DNA from: an uncultured Emergencia sp.
GTDB taxonomy: Bacteria > Bacillota > Clostridia > Peptostreptococcales > Anaerovoracaceae
Assembly: GCA_944388465.1 (NCBI GenBank)
Contig: CALXJA010000033.1
Coordinates: forward strand, 1-47,970
Reading direction: 5' to 3'
DNA length: 47,970 nucleotides
Positions 46,662-47,970 of the stretch are shown here, one piece after another (position 1 is the stretch's first letter; each line of letters opens with the position of its first letter). The notes below the pieces were generated by a model that did not search any database, had not been told where the DNA came from, and saw only the letters and a list, made by a program, of their open reading frames with translations. Position numbers and translations under genes: made by a program.

Positions 46662-47603
46662 ATGCTTGAGGTATTTTTAAAGGTTATCGTTATTTTCGCC
46701 ATGGCGGCTATCGGTTTTGCCGCCAATAAAAAAGGGATCCTTCCTGCAGAATCCAGACCGTACCTGGTCGATCTGCTGCTGGTCATCACCTGCCCCTGCA
46801 TGATTATCGGCTCCATGGCTTCAGAAACACTGACGGCCGGTACATTCCGCCTAGTCATAGAAGTTCTCGCCGGGTCAGCCGTTTTCTTTCTTTTTGCATC
46901 CGGCGTCGCCTTTCTTCTGGTAAAGTGTCTGCGCTGTCCGGTAAAAGAAGACGAAGGCGTCATGATGGTCATCATCACCTCGATCAACTCCGGTTTCATG
47001 GGCTTTCCTGTAACCAAAGCGATCTTTGGCAATACGTATTTCTTTCTCATGGTCATCGAAAATATCGTCCTCAACATCTATCTCTATTCTCTGGCGGTCA
47101 TCCAGATGAACTATGGGCGCGACCAGAAGAAGGGGCTGCGGGAAACGCTGAAGCCGCTCTGCAATATGTGCACGCTGGCGCTGATCATCGGTCTGATCCT
47201 GCTGTTCGGCAAAATCACGCTGCCCGGTTCACTGCTGGATTTTTTCAATACCATTGGTGATGCCACGATTCCCATTTCCATGATCGTTGTCGGCGTTCAG
47301 CTTGCAGAAAGTGATCTGCGCAGTATGATCAAAAACATCCGTTTGATCCTTGCCTCTCTTTTCAACGTGCTTCTGATGCCGATCCTGACTTTTCTGGCGG
47401 TCAACTGGCTGCCTCTGGCAGTGGAAACACGTCTGATCCTCGTCTTTGCGGCAGCCTTCCCCTGCGCTGTCGTCAGTGTTGCCGTTGCAGCAAAAGAAGG
47501 ACGAAATGCCGGGCTTATGGCAGAAGGCGTAGCGCTGACCACGCTCTTTTCTCTGGCAACGCTGCCGTTTATCGCGGTATTTCTGATGTCCTGGTATTGC
47601 TGA
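46662..47603 (+). CDS. AEC family transporter (malate permease/auxin efflux carrier-like)
   Basis: NSGFMGFPV, ATIPISMIVVG, AFPCA, about 10 TM helices. Start at ATG 46662 (AAGGAG RBS). Confidence 0.9.
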   Translation: MLEVFLKVIVIFAMAAIGFAANKKGILPAESRPYLVDLLLVITCPCMIIGSMASETLTAGTFRLVIEVLAGSAVFFLFASGVAFLLVKCLRCPVKEDEGVMMVIITSINSGFMGFPVTKAIFGNTYFFLMVIENIVLNIYLYSLAVIQMNYGRDQKKGLRETLKPLCNMCTLALIIGLILLFGKITLPGSLLDFFNTIGDATIPISMIVVGVQLAESDLRSMIKNIRLILASLFNVLLMPILTFLAVNWLPLAVETRLILVFAAAFPCAVVSVAVAAKEGRNAGLMAEGVALTTLFSLATLPFIAVFLMSWYC

Positions 47604-47660
47604 AGCATCTATGGCTCATGACCGGCGGATGTCCGCAGTTAAAATGAACAAAAAAGACGG

Positions 47661-47710
47661 AAAAAGCCGTCAAGGACGCGAAGCGCAAAGTTTATCCTTG
47701 ACGGCTTTTT
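47661..47710. terminator. Bidirectional terminator
   Basis: AAAAAGCCGTCAAGGA / TCCTTGACGGCTTTTT 16-bp stem between convergent genes. Confidence 0.8.
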
Positions 47711-47753
47711 TCTTTTGCCGTCGTGCGGAAGATTTTCGTGTTGTATTTGAATA

Positions 47754-47970
47754 TCATATGTAACTACGCATAATTCTTGAGCGTAGAATAAAGAAAATAG
47801 CAATCTGGATCATCAGCACCAAACCGCACACACAACCAACTAACTGCATTGTTTTACCAATGTAGATAACGCCGGATACCAGCATAATGCGGTATGTCGT
47901 AAAGGCTCCAATGATACAGCCAAGTACGGTGGGAATAAAATAGACGAATAGCATTTGTTTTGTAATAAGT
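47754..47970 (-). CDS. 3' end of a membrane protein, probably a BceB/FtsX-type ABC permease
   Basis: Frame open to the window end: ...LITKQMLFVYFIPTVLG...two TM helices...RSRIMRSYI; KQxxxxxFxP is typical of the C-terminus of such permeases. AT-richer than its neighbours. Confidence 0.55.
   Translation of the reverse strand, partial: LITKQMLFVYFIPTVLGCIIGAFTTYRIMLVSGVIYIGKTMQLVGCVCGLVLMIQIAIFFILRSRIMRSYI

Overview
Mostly core chromosome of a Bacillota bacterium of roughly balanced GC. The gene repertoire suggests an anaerobic Clostridia member; this taxonomy is inference only. About 48 CDS, most on the minus strand, plus two tRNAs: Pro(CGG) and Leu(CAG). Recognisable blocks: tig-clpP-clpX-lon-engB-ykvA-hpt-pduL; glpP-beta-CASP-hom-EamA; NhaC-dapB-CYTH; deoC; GNAT-TetR-ftsH; Mn catalase; dac-uvrC; divergent serA/serC plus an ApgM-like mutase; two G5/LysM/NlpC-P60 hydrolases; rdgB-yihY-radical SAM-DUF1287-lipid kinase-PAP2; and D- and L-2-hydroxyacid oxidoreductases with CaCA and AEC transporters. 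No CRISPR array, rRNA, integrase or transposase was seen. The best candidate for an undescribed system is at the left edge. An orphan phage-late-regulator-like (ArpU/RinA-like) gene is followed by a promoter whose leader contains an intrinsic terminator, then a secreted PKD-like protein and a SAF/CpaB-like gene missing from the ORF track, possibly the start of a Tad/Flp-type operon. Other notable items: a 26-bp palindrome that makes two convergent proteins end in the same AGDQI peptide, a dyad-symmetric serA/serC double promoter, a covarying palindrome family with a MITE-like element, and tandem ACA-N12-TGT operators in front of ftsH. Start codons were re-picked from RBS position where the ORF track over-extends. 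All product calls come from motif recognition, not database searches.
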